From Scyliorhinus canicula (taxonomy: Eukaryota), in NCBI RefSeq assembly GCF_902713615.1, contig NW_024055947.1, positions 62,001-126,000 on the forward strand: 64,000 nucleotides of DNA. Direction: 5' to 3'. Both the position numbers and the translations under genes were made by a program. A model generated the notes under the pieces. That model saw only the letters and a list, made by a program, of their open reading frames with translations. It was not told the DNA's origin and ran no database searches. Positions 23,191 through 34,000 of the stretch are shown piece by piece; within the stretch, counting starts at the first letter, position 1; every line of letters starts with the position of its first letter.

Positions 23191-24592
23191 GAACATAGAA
23201 CAGTACAGGCCCTTCGGCCCTCGATGTTGTGCCGAGCCATGATCACCCTACTCAAACCCACGTATCTACCCTATACCCGTAACCCAACAACCCCCCCCCC
23301 CCCCACTTTTTAGGACACTACGGGCAATTTAGCATGGCCAATCCACCTAACCCGCACATCTTTGGACTGTGGGAGGAAACCGGAGCACCCGGAGGAAACC
23401 CACGCACACACGGGGAGGACGTGCAGACTCCGCACAGACAGTGGCCCAGCCGGGAATCGAACCTGGGACCCTGGAGCTGTGAAGCATTTATGCTAACCAC
23501 CATGCTACCGTGCTGCCCAGGTGAATTGGTTGTGCTAAATTGTCCCTTAGTGTCCAAAAAAAGTTAGGTGGATTTACTGAGTCACGGGGATTGGGTGGAT
23601 AGGGTAGATAAGTGGGCTTGAGTATGGTGCTCTTTGAAAGGGCTGGTGCAGGCTCGATGGGCCGAATGGCCTCCTTCTGCACTGTAAATTCTATGATTCT
23701 GTATGACTTTCTCTTTCAGTCTGATCCAATGGGTCTGTCTGATAATATTTCCCTGATGGTAGCACAGTGGTTAGCACTGTTGCTTCACAGTGCCAGGGTC
23801 CCGAGTACAAATCCCGCTGGGTCACTGTCTGTGCGGATTCTGCAAGTTCTCCCCGTGTCTGCGTGGGTTTCCTCCAGGTGCTCTGGTTTCCTCCCACAAG
23901 TCCTGAAAGATGTACTTGTTGGGTGAATTGGACAGTCAGAACTCTCCCTGTGTACCCGAACAGGCACCAGAGTGTGGCGACCAGGGGCGTTTCACAGTAA
24001 CTTCATTGCAGAGTTAATGTAAGTTTATTTGTGACAATAATAATAATCTTTATGCGTTGGGGTGTTTGGTATATTAAGGAGCAGGTAGAACTTCCTGGAT
24101 TCGGCCTGTTGACCCCTCAGATATTCCATCTGTTTTTGGTTAATGTGTCTGGAGTCTGAGTTCTTCCAGTCTGCCTCCAATTCTCCTTCCTGTCTCAGGT
24201 ATATGGGTCGAGGTACCTTGTTGTGATTCGTGTTGTTTAGTTGTCTGTCTCCAGCAGGTATTGTTTTCTCTCGAGAATGACTGCTGCTACCCTTGTCTTC
24301 CGGTCTTATGAACATATCCCTGTTGGATCCAAGCTCCCGGATTGTGAGATCCGGGTGAGATTCTGTTTGTCTCTTGTATTTCACTGTGACAGGGCAGAGA
24401 CCCGATTGAAAAGATTCAAACATGGGAGTTTGGAGAAAGATGGGCAAGGATTTGGGAGGTGACAACATGTTCAAAGTGTTTGGAGAGGAGAGGGGGGTTG
24501 AGGGTGGGGCTATAATTTGTAAGGATGGCAGGGTCAATGGTTTGTTTTATTGAGGGGGTGATGATGGCAGATTTGAAGGACAGAGGGACAGT

Positions 24593-25153
24593 TCTCATGT
24601 GAGTGTCCCTTTAAGAAATGTTTTTGTCTTATTACATGGCTTCAGTGATGTCATTGTATGGGTGGAGCTAGGCTGTGGCTCTGGGTTTGACTTTTGCTTT
24701 GGATTTTGGAGCTGGTTTGTGTCTCTGTGAGTTTTTACTTTCCTTTTCACATTTGGCTGCTGTAGACTCAGACTGAGAAGTATTTTGGCCTGTCTCTCTA
24801 TTTTCAATTTTAACGAGTTATACCAAGGAAGAAACCCAATGATTATAGTTACCTGCTGATTTTGTACAAAGGGGTTTTTGGTTTATGGGATCGTACATTA
24901 TTGAATTGGAACAGTTAAGGGGAATTCATTAAGAGTTATGCATAGATTACTGTAGCTGTGTGGGGTCTCTGTTTGTAGTTGATAATAATTCTTACTGTGT
25001 GTGTTTATACAAATGTTAACTAAATTCTTAGCATGAAACATGTTTTCTTGATTAAAAGCGCCTCAGGACTCTGTTGAATAACACCTGATAGGCAAGCTCT
25101 TGTAACCAAAATCAATAAACAGTTATAGGTCAGGTGATCTCAGGCCCATAACA
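24593..25153. mobile_element. Solo LTR, 561 bp
   Basis: Ends T(C)TCATG...CATAACA (imperfect TGT..ACA inverted termini); 4-bp TSD cagt/aagt; AATAAA near the 3' end; absent from the paralogous site at ~14050; related fragment at ~13084. Confidence 0.75.
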
Positions 25154-25702
25154 AAGTACCTGAAGAGAGAGAAATGTTGACAATATCCATGGACACAGGA
25201 GAGTTGGCTGATCAGTAGCTCAGTGGGAATCGGGTGGATGTAGCAGGAGCTGGGTCTCATGGACAAGATGAGCTCTGAGAGAGCATGAGGGGAGATGGGA
25301 GAGAAACTAGAGAAAGTTGTGGGTTCAGGGCTCGGGAAAGGATGAAATTTAGAGACAGTTTAGTCCGGTGGGCTCGTGGAAGGGAGGGAAGCAGCAGAGG
25401 CAGCTGATCGGATTTACTCAATCTCAGTCACAAAGAAGCTCCACAAGCTCCTCACACTTCTTGTTGGAGGTGAGGATGGAAGAGACAGGGGAAAGCGAGA
25501 GAACTTCAAAAGGAACTAACTTGTGTCAGAGATATTAAAAAGTTTCAACACACTGCATATTTCACCCAAATCTAATTTATTTGACTTTTAGCCAGAATAT
25601 TAGCCCCTGTAAATGGGCTGGAGTTTGTTATCAGCAGAAAGAGACCCAAATGAACATGGTTCAGGCCTGAATGTGAGGAAGAGCAAAATCCAAACACTGT
25701 AG

Positions 25703-26653
25703 TTACTTATGGCCTCGTTGGTGTGTCAGCATGTTGGATGACTGAGCGAATCCCTTCCCACATTTGGAGCAGGTGAATGGTCTCTCCCCAGTGTGTATTC
25801 GCTTGTGACTCAGCAGGGCAGATGACTGAGTGAATCTCTTCCCACACTGGGTGCAGGCAAATGGCCTCTCCCCAGTGTGAATTCGCTGATGTTCAGTGAG
25901 CTGAGATGATTGTCTGAACCCGGTCCCACAGTCAGTGCACCTAAACGGTCTCTCGTCAGTGTGAACACGTTGATGGCGCATCAATGGCCCAGAGCCTTTA
26001 TAGCACTTCCTGCAATCTGGACATTGAAATGGTCTCTCATCAGTGTGAACTTGCTGGTGAATCAGCAGGTTGGATGACTGACTGAATCCCTTCCCACATT
26101 TGGAGCAGGTGAATGGTCTCTCCCCAGTGTGAACACGCTGATGTTTCTGCAGGGTGGATGAATCACTGAATCCCTTCCCACACTTGGAGCAGCTCAATGG
26201 CCTCTTCCCAATGTGAACTCGTTGGTGTCTCTGCAGGTTGGCTGAAAATCGAAATCCCTTCCCACACTTGGAGCAGGTGAACGGTCTCTCTCCAGTGTGA
26301 ACACGTTGATGATTCCGCAGGGCGGATGACTCAGTGAATCCCTTCCCACACTTGAAGCAGGTGAATGGTCTCTCCCCAGTGTGAACTCGCTGGTGTGTGG
26401 ACAAAGTGGATGACTGAATGAATCCCTTCCCACACTTAGAGCAGGTGAATGGTCTCTCCCCAGTGTGACTGCGTCGATGAATTTCCAGCTTGGATGGGGA
26501 AGTGAATCCTTTCCCACAGTCCACACATTTCCACGGTTTCTCCTCGGTGTGACTGCATTTGTGGCTTGTGAGGCCTGATGATCGACTGAATCCTCGTCCG
26601 CACACACAAGTGTACGGTTTCTCCCCACTTTGAACAATGCTTTTTCCTTCCAT
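25703..26653 (-). CDS. C2H2 zinc-finger protein (MEGKS subfamily), 316 aa, 10 canonical fingers plus 1 atypical (C-x-C)
   Basis: Uninterrupted ORF; ATG 26653 lies downstream of acceptor 26762-26763; no KRAB-like sequence seen. Confidence 0.88.
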   Translation of the reverse strand: MEGKSIVQSGEKPYTCVCGRGFSRSSGLTSHKCSHTEEKPWKCVDCGKGFTSPSKLEIHRRSHTGERPFTCSKCGKGFIQSSTLSTHQRVHTGERPFTCFKCGKGFTESSALRNHQRVHTGERPFTCSKCGKGFRFSANLQRHQRVHIGKRPLSCSKCGKGFSDSSTLQKHQRVHTGERPFTCSKCGKGFSQSSNLLIHQQVHTDERPFQCPDCRKCYKGSGPLMRHQRVHTDERPFRCTDCGTGFRQSSQLTEHQRIHTGERPFACTQCGKRFTQSSALLSHKRIHTGERPFTCSKCGKGFAQSSNMLTHQRGHK

Positions 26654-28431
26654 GTTCAAAATCCCATGATATTCAGGATATGATAAATTGAGGACTCTGT
26701 CAGATCCTGATGTGATGCTTGGTTTGAGTTTCTGGACTTTGAATCCTCCCCTTCGAACACCCTGTGAAACTGATTTAAAAACAGAAAATAGGGAGTGAGA
26801 GAGAACCCACAAAAACACAAAGGCAGGTTGTGAAATTGAGCTGAATGAATCTGGTCATTTGTGGGGCCGGCACTGGGAAAAAGTGACCATGAAAACGGCT
26901 GGATTGTTACAAAACCCAATTGACATCTTTGGGAGGAGAGAGAAAGAGGTGAAAAGGAATTCTGTACATCTACAGGTCATATTAAGAGTAGCTGGCAAAA
27001 CAAATTCAATCTTGAGCTTCATAAATAGTAATATTGACACGGAAACAGGGAAGCGAGGCTTCTGGTGGCACAGTAATTAGCACTGCTACCTCACAGTGCC
27101 AGAGACACGGGTTCAATTCCAGCCTTGGTGACTGTCTCTGTGGAGTTTGCACTTTCTCCTGTGTCTGCATGGGTTTCCACCTGGTGCTCAGGTTTCCTCC
27201 CACAGTCTAAAGAAGGGAAAGTTAGGTGGATTGGCCTTGATAAATTGCCCCTTAGTGTCCAGGGATGTGCAGGTTATGTGGGTTTAAGGGGTTACAGGGA
27301 CAGGGTAGAGCTCTGGGCCGAGGCAGGGTGCCCTTTCAGAGGATCAGTGCAGACTCGATGGGCCGAATGGCCTCCTTCTGCACTGTAGGAATTCTATGGT
27401 TCTAATTCTATTCTATGAATCTTTATAAAGCTCTGGTCACCACTCTTCATTGGATTGGATTTGTTTATTGTAACGTGTACCAAGGTACAGTGAAAAGTAT
27501 TTTTCTATAAGATCATTAAGTACATGAAAATAAAATACATAATAGGGCAACACAAGGTCCACAATGTAACTGCATCGGCATCGGATGAAGCATACAAGGG
27601 TGTAGTGTTAATCAGGACAGTTCATAAGAGGGTCGTTTAGGAGTCTGGTAACGGCGGGGAAGAAACTGATTTGACTATGTTCGAGCGTGTTCATCTTCAG
27701 GAAGGATGTGAAGGTTCTTGAGAAGGTGCAGAGGAGATTTAACAGAATGGTTCCAGCAAAGGAGGTTGAGGGGAGATTTGATTCAGGGACACAGGATTAT
27801 GCCAGGTTTCCATCAGGTGGACAAAGAAACTGTTTCCATTCACTGATCGTACAAGCAGTCGGGACACAGACTTGACATTTTGGCTAACACCTGGATTGAA
27901 CTATATAAGATGCTGAGTCGTCTTGACAGTGTGGATGTGGAGAGGATGTTTCCTCTTGTGAGAGAATCTGGAACAAGGGGGTCACTGTTGCAAAATAAGG
28001 GGGCACCCATTTCAGATGGAGATAAGGATTATTTTTCTCTTGAGGGTTGCAAGACAGGAGGTGGCACAGTGGTTAGCACTGCTCTCTCGCAACATCAGGG
28101 ACCCAGGTTCAATTCTGACCCTGAGTAACTGTGTGGAGTTTGCACGTTCTCCCTGTGTCTATGTGGGTTTCCTCCGGGTGGTCCGGATTCCTCACACAGT
28201 TCAAAGATGTGCAAACTCAGTGGATTGGCCATGCTAAATTGCCTCTTTGTCTCCAAGGATGTGCAGGTTGGGTGGGGTTATGAGAACGGAGTGGGTGGGA
28301 TGGGGTGGGCCGGGGTGCTCTTTGGAGGGTTGGTGCAGACTTGATGGGCTGAATGGGCTCCTTTTGCAGAGATTCTCTGATTTTGGAACTTCCGCCCTTA
28401 AAATGCAGCGGAAGCAGAGTCTTTGAATATT

Positions 28432-28655
28432 CTTTTAAAAATAAATTTAGTGTGCCCAATTCATTTTTTCCAATTAAGGGGAAATTTAGCGTGACCAACC
28501 CACCTACCCTGCACATCTTTGGGTTGTGAGGGTGAAACCCACGCAAACACGGGGAGAATGTGCAAACTCCACACAGAGACCCAGAGCCTTGATCGAACCT
28601 TGGACTTCGGCGCTGTGAGGCAGCCGTGCTAACCACTGCATCACCGTGCTGCTCT
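28432..28655 (-). mobile_element. Short A-tailed SINE with 13-bp TSD, present only in duplicate B
   Basis: TSD gtctttgaatatt at 28419-28431 and 28656-28668. Confidence 0.85.
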
Positions 28656-28743
28656 GTCTTTGAATATTTTTAAGGCAGAGGTGGATAGATCCTTGATAAG
28701 CAAGGGGGTGAAAGGTTATCGGGGCCAGCAGGAATGTAGAATT

Positions 28744-29118
28744 GTGTAAGGAGCAGGCTCGAGAGGCCGACTCATAGTTTGTGTGTAAGGAGCAGGCTCG
28801 AGGGGCCGACTCCTAGTTTGTATGTAAGGAGCAGGCTCGAGGGGCCGACTCCTAGTTTGTATGTAAGGAGCAGGCTCGAGGGGGCGACTCCTAGTTTGTG
28901 TGTAAGGAGCAGGCTCGAGGGGCCGACTCCTAGTTTGTGTGTAAGGAGCAGGCTCGAGGGGCCGACTCCTAGTTTGTGTGTAAGGAGCAGGCTCGAGGGG
29001 CCGACTCATAGTTTGTGTGTAAGGAGCAGGCTCGAGGGTCCGACTCCTAGTTTGTATGTAAGGGGCAGGCTCGAGGGGCCGACTCCTAGTTTGTGTGTAA
29101 GGAGCAGACTCAAGGGGC
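28744..29118 (+). repeat. 39-bp minisatellite (~9.5 units), paralog of 17210-17900
   Basis: Same unit and same upstream flank. Confidence 0.95.
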
Positions 29119-29250
29119 CAACTATTTTTTTCAGAGACCCCAAAATCTTTTTTACTGTTGTAATGATTTTCCAGAGACCCCGGTATGAATCTCACCAAGG
29201 CAGAAGGTAACATTTTAATTGATTGGAAGTCTACTGATGACCATGATGGC

Positions 29251-29838
29251 ATGCGCTGCGAGCCTGGACCGGATGCCAACTCTCCCGGATTGACTGACTG
29301 GAGACTCCAGGGTTTTATTTTATTGATCTGTGGGGGTCACTGGCTGGACCAACATTTATTGCCCATCCCTAATTTCCCTTAAACTGACTGGCTTGCTCAG
29401 CCAATTGTCGATTGTTATAAAGACCCATCTGGTTTACTCATGTCCTTCTCAATCCTTACCTGGTCTGGCCTACACATGTGATTCCAGTCAGCTGGTTGAT
29501 CCTTAAAATGCCCTGAAATGCACTCAGTTCAAGGGCAATTAGGGATGGGCAGTGAATGCTGGCCCAGCCAGCGACACCCACATCCCGTGAATGAATAGAA
29601 AAGAAAATCTGCCATCCTTACCTGGTCTGGCCGACACGGTTCCAAACCACAGCAATGTGGTTGACTCTTTAAATGCCCTGTGAGATGGCCGAGCCAGCCA
29701 CTCAGTTCTCGGCAAATTAAGGATGGGCAATGAATGTTGGCCCAGCCAGTGGCCACCTCAAATGATTAAAATCAAATCCTGGAGACTCCAGTCAGTCAAT
29801 CCGGGAGAGTTGGCATCCGGTCCAGGCTCACAGCGCAT
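29251..29838. repeat. ~590-bp fold-back structure with 61-bp outer arms (2 mismatches) and more diverged inner arms
   Basis: 29251-29311 is the reverse complement of 29778-29838; inner cactggctggaccaacatttattgcccatccctaattt pairs with ~29714-29751. Confidence 0.85.
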
Positions 29839-30039
29839 TGTAATAATAATCACGTATTGTCACAAGTAGGCTTCAATGAAGTTACTGTGAAAAGCCCCTA
29901 GTCGCCACATTCTGGTGCCTGTTCGGGGAGGCTGGAACGGGAATTGAACCCGCGCTGCTGGTCTGGTTCTGCATTATAAGCCAGCTGTCTTAGCCCACTG
30001 TGCTAAACCAGCCCCTTCCCTGTGGCACATTGTCCTCTG

Positions 30040-30400
30040 TAAAGATGGCGGCCGGTAACCCGGGTCTGTCACAGCTCAGCTTTCACTCTGTTCGGTGCAG
30101 ATTAAGACGGGACTGTTAACATTTTACTCGGGAGTTGAAGCCTCCATGGGGTATTTATGAAGCCCCCCGGCTCTCTCCGCAACTTCTATCGCTCCCCGGC
30201 CACCCACCGGCTCCAATCCTGAAAGCCGATCGATTGTTTCTTTCCCACTCCTCGCACTGTCAGCGACAACCTGAACTGCGCATGCGCTGGTCAGAGCCCG
30301 AACGGCGCATGTGCGCGGAGCTTCTGTCATGTGGATAGAGCACATTCCCAGCTGCTACGCATGTTGGGTAATAAACCCGCCACTGAAATGGATATTTTTG
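30040..30400 (-). promoter_or_regulatory. CpG-rich promoter module A for the 25.7-kb ZNF gene
   Basis: AAGATGGCGGCC ~30043, TTTATGAAGCC ~30155, ACTGCGCATGCGC ~30275, GCGCATGTGCGC ~30306. Confidence 0.7.
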
Positions 30401-31063
30401 ATATAAATTATGCTTTGCGAACTAATTACAATTAGCCAAATTGGGCCAAGGGAACACCCACATCCCAAGAACAAATAAAGGAAAGTTGGCAGTTAGAAAG
30501 GCAAATGCAGCGTTCGCACTCATTTCAAGAGAACTACAAGATGAATGGGGATGAGAAACATATCAGCCATGATCGAATGGCAGCGCAAACTCGATGGGCT
30601 GAATGGCCTAATTCTGCTTCTCTATCTTTTTTTTAATGAGGGAATCTCATACAAACTTTGTAAAAAGATTGTTCGACTCCATCCCAGACCTGGATCCAGA
30701 TCAATTGATTCTTGGAGGGGACTTCAATTGTGTTCTGGACCCTAAATGGACTGGTCCAAGCTGATTCAACCACAACAAAAACATGAAAAAGGAATGAAAC
30801 CAGACGGACCACCCGGCATCGACCCAGGCACCAGAAACAACAACGGCAAACCCAGCAACAGATTTTTAAAAACCGATCCCATCAGTAGATTGTAAAAGTA
30901 TTACGGGACACAGATTTAAGATTGTGAACAAGATCTACAGGGGAGATAGGGGATAGACATTTTAGTCCGTGAGTGATAATGATCTGAATTCAATGCTGAC
31001 ACACAAAGGTCGATAATCTCCAGGTGCTGGTAACTCAAACAGTGCTGTCAGAATTTGATGTGA

Positions 31064-34000
31064 GGGACTTCCGGTTGCGGTGATGTGGAGCAAAGCCGCA
31101 CGTTCAGTAGCTCCCGCTATTCTCGGTCTTTTGGACACTTTTAAGGGCCCGCAGCAGTACTATTTGGACTTTTTCCCGTGTGGGAACACTTCCTCTAAGA
31201 TTCTCCGCTGGTGGATGGCCTGGACCAGGAGCAGAGCGATCAAAAAATCGGTTTTGGAGCAGAGAAAGGTGTGAGGCAGGAGAGGCAAGATGGTGGCGGG
31301 CGGGGAATCAGCAGCGTGGCAGCAGTGGGCACGGGAGCAGCAGGAACTGCTTCAGCGCTCCTTTAAGGAGCTGAAGGCAGAGATTCTGGAACCAGCACGG
31401 CAGCATTGTGGATAGCACAATTGCTTCACAGCTCCAGGGTCCCAGGTTCGATACCCGGCTGGGTCACTGTCTGTGTGGAGTCTGCACATCCTCCCCGTGT
31501 CTGCGTGGGTTTGCTCCGGGTGCTCCGGTTTCCTCCCACAGTCCAAAGATATGCAGGTTAGGTGGATTGGCCATGATAAATTGCCCTTAGTGTTGTGTGG
31601 GGTTACTGGCTTATGGGGATAGGGTGGAGGTGTTGACCTTGGGTAGGGTGCTCTTTCCAAGAGCCGGTGCAGACTCGATGGGCCGAATGGCCTCCTTCCG
31701 CACTGTAAATTCGATGATCTATGAACCGCTTAAGGCCTCCCTGGACAAGGTCATGGCGACCCAGACGGCTCAGGGTGCGGAAATCCGAGAGCTTCGGCAA
31801 GAGGCCTCGGAGAGCGAGGATGAACTTCTGGGCCTGGCAGTGAAGGTGGGGTCGCACGAGGCGCTCCATAAGAAGTGGTCAGCGAGGCTGGAGGAGATGG
31901 AGAACCGGGCCCGTCGGAAGAACCTGCGGATTCTGGGCCTCCCAGAGGGGCTGGAAGGTTCGGATCTGGGGGCCTATGTGGCTATGATGCTGAACACGCT
32001 AATGGGTGCGAGGTCGTTCCAGGGACCCTTCGAGCTGGAGGATGCCCATCGGGTGCTGCTGAGGAAACCCAGGCCAAATGAGCCGCCTCGGGCGGTGCTG
32101 GTCCGTTTTCACCGATTCGTCGACAGCGAGTGTGTGCTGAGATGGGCAAAGGAGAGGAGTAGCAAGTGGAAGAATGCGGTGATCAGGATCTACCAGGACT
32201 GGAGTGCGGAGGTGGCAAAGAGAAGGGCTGGTTTTATTCGGACGAAGGCAGTGGTCCACAAGAAGGGGGTCAAGTTTGGCCTGTTACAGCCGGCACGCCT
32301 CTGGGTCACTTATAAAAACCGCCAGCTCTACTTTGACTCTCCAGTGGAGGCCTGGGCTTTCGTCCAGGCAGAGAAGCTGGACTTGAACTGAGGACTGGGG
32401 AACGGTGTACACGGCCCGGAGGCTTTGTCCTCCTTGGTATCCGTTTCGCTTTTATCTGTTCTATTTGATGATGGCTTTTTGCTGTTCTGCTTTTTCGCTT
32501 TTTTGGGACTGTTATCTGTTTACTTGGGCGTTTTGTCACGTCTGTTTTTGTTTTTCACTGGTTGAGAGTTTGGGTGGGGTTCGCGGTCCTGTTGGGTCAT
32601 ATGCCCGTCTTTTCCCACGTGTTGGGTCGGGGGGGCGGGTCTCGGGATGGAAGCACAGGCTTCTCTCCCGCACTGGAGGAGCAGTGGGCGGGGCCGGCAC
32701 TGGGGAGGGGGGGGGGGGGGGCGCAGTGGGTGTGTTGCACTGGGGAGGGTCATTGGGGTGGTGGGAGCAGCCGGGGTCAGCAGCTGTCGGCTGACTTACG
32801 GAAGTACAATGGAAGGGGTTACGCAGCTATGGGGGGCCCTTGCTTGGGGGTGGGGAGGCTTGGGGGGGGGGGGTACTGGGTTGCTGCTGGAATGGCCGAG
32901 AAGGAGCTGGAGCATGTAGAGGGGGTCGGGATGGGGGTCTGTCACCGTGGGGAACGGGCTCAGCTGGGGGCACGTGGCGGACTAAGAAAGGATGATGACT
33001 AGTCGACGGGGGAGGGGAGCAGGTAGCCCCCTGATCCGGCTGATCACCTGGAATGTGAGGGGACTGAATGGGCCGGTTAAACGGGCCCACGTGTTCGCGC
33101 ACCTGAAGGGGCTGAAGGCGGATGTGGCCATGCTTCAGGAGACGCACCTGAAGGTGGCGGATCAGGTTAGATTGAGGAAGGGGTGGGTGGGCCAAGTGTT
33201 TCATTCGGGGCTGATGCAAAAAATCAGTGGGTGGCGATCCTGGTGGGGAAGAGGGTGTCGTTTGAGGCTTCGAATGTGATGGCAGACAGCGGCGGGAGGT
33301 ATGTGATGGTAAGCGGCAAGCTGCAGGGGGAGCGGGTGGTGCTGGTCAATGTATACGCCCCGAATTGGGATGATGCGGGTTTCATGCGGCGCATGTTGGG
33401 CCGGATTCCAGATATGGAGGTGGGGGGCCTGATAATGGGGGGGGGGATTTCAACACGGTGCTGGATCCACCACTGGATCGATCCAGGTCCAGGACGGGTA
33501 GGAGGCCAGCGGCGGTAAAGGTGTTGAGGGGGTTTATGGACCAGGTGGGAGGGGTGGATTCATGGAAGTTTCCGAGGCCGAGGGCCAGGGAATTTTCATA
33601 CTTCTCCCATGTGCATAAAGCCTATTCCCGGATTGATTTTTTCATTATGAGTAGGGCGCTGATTGCGAGGGTGCAGGATGCTGAGTATTCGGCGATAGCC
33701 ATTTCTGACCACGCCCCGCACTGGGTGGACCTTGAGCTGGGGGAGGAGAGAGACCAGTGCGCGCTTTGGTGCTTGGAGGTGGGGCTGCTGCCGGACGAGG
33801 AGGTGGGCGGGCGGGTTCGAGGATGTATCGAGACGTACCTGGAGGCCAATGACAATGGGGAGGTCCGAGTGGGGACGGTCTGGGAGGCGCTGAAGGCGGT
33901 GGTTAGGGGGGAGCTGATCTCCATTCGAGCCCACAGGGAGAGGAGAGAGCAGAGAGAGAGGGAGAGACTGGTGGGAGAGATGGTGAGGTTGGACAGGAGA

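Noticed and set aside
14957-26637. Alternative-frame ORFs over ZNF exons (e.g. 14957..15259, 26194..26637, 46026..46277)
   Set aside because: Shadow frames of the 84-bp finger periodicity.
30660-30780. Short L1 endonuclease-like fragment (LILGGDFNCVLDP) just upstream of the big L1
   Set aside because: A small independent relic; no evidence that it belongs to the 31-kb element.
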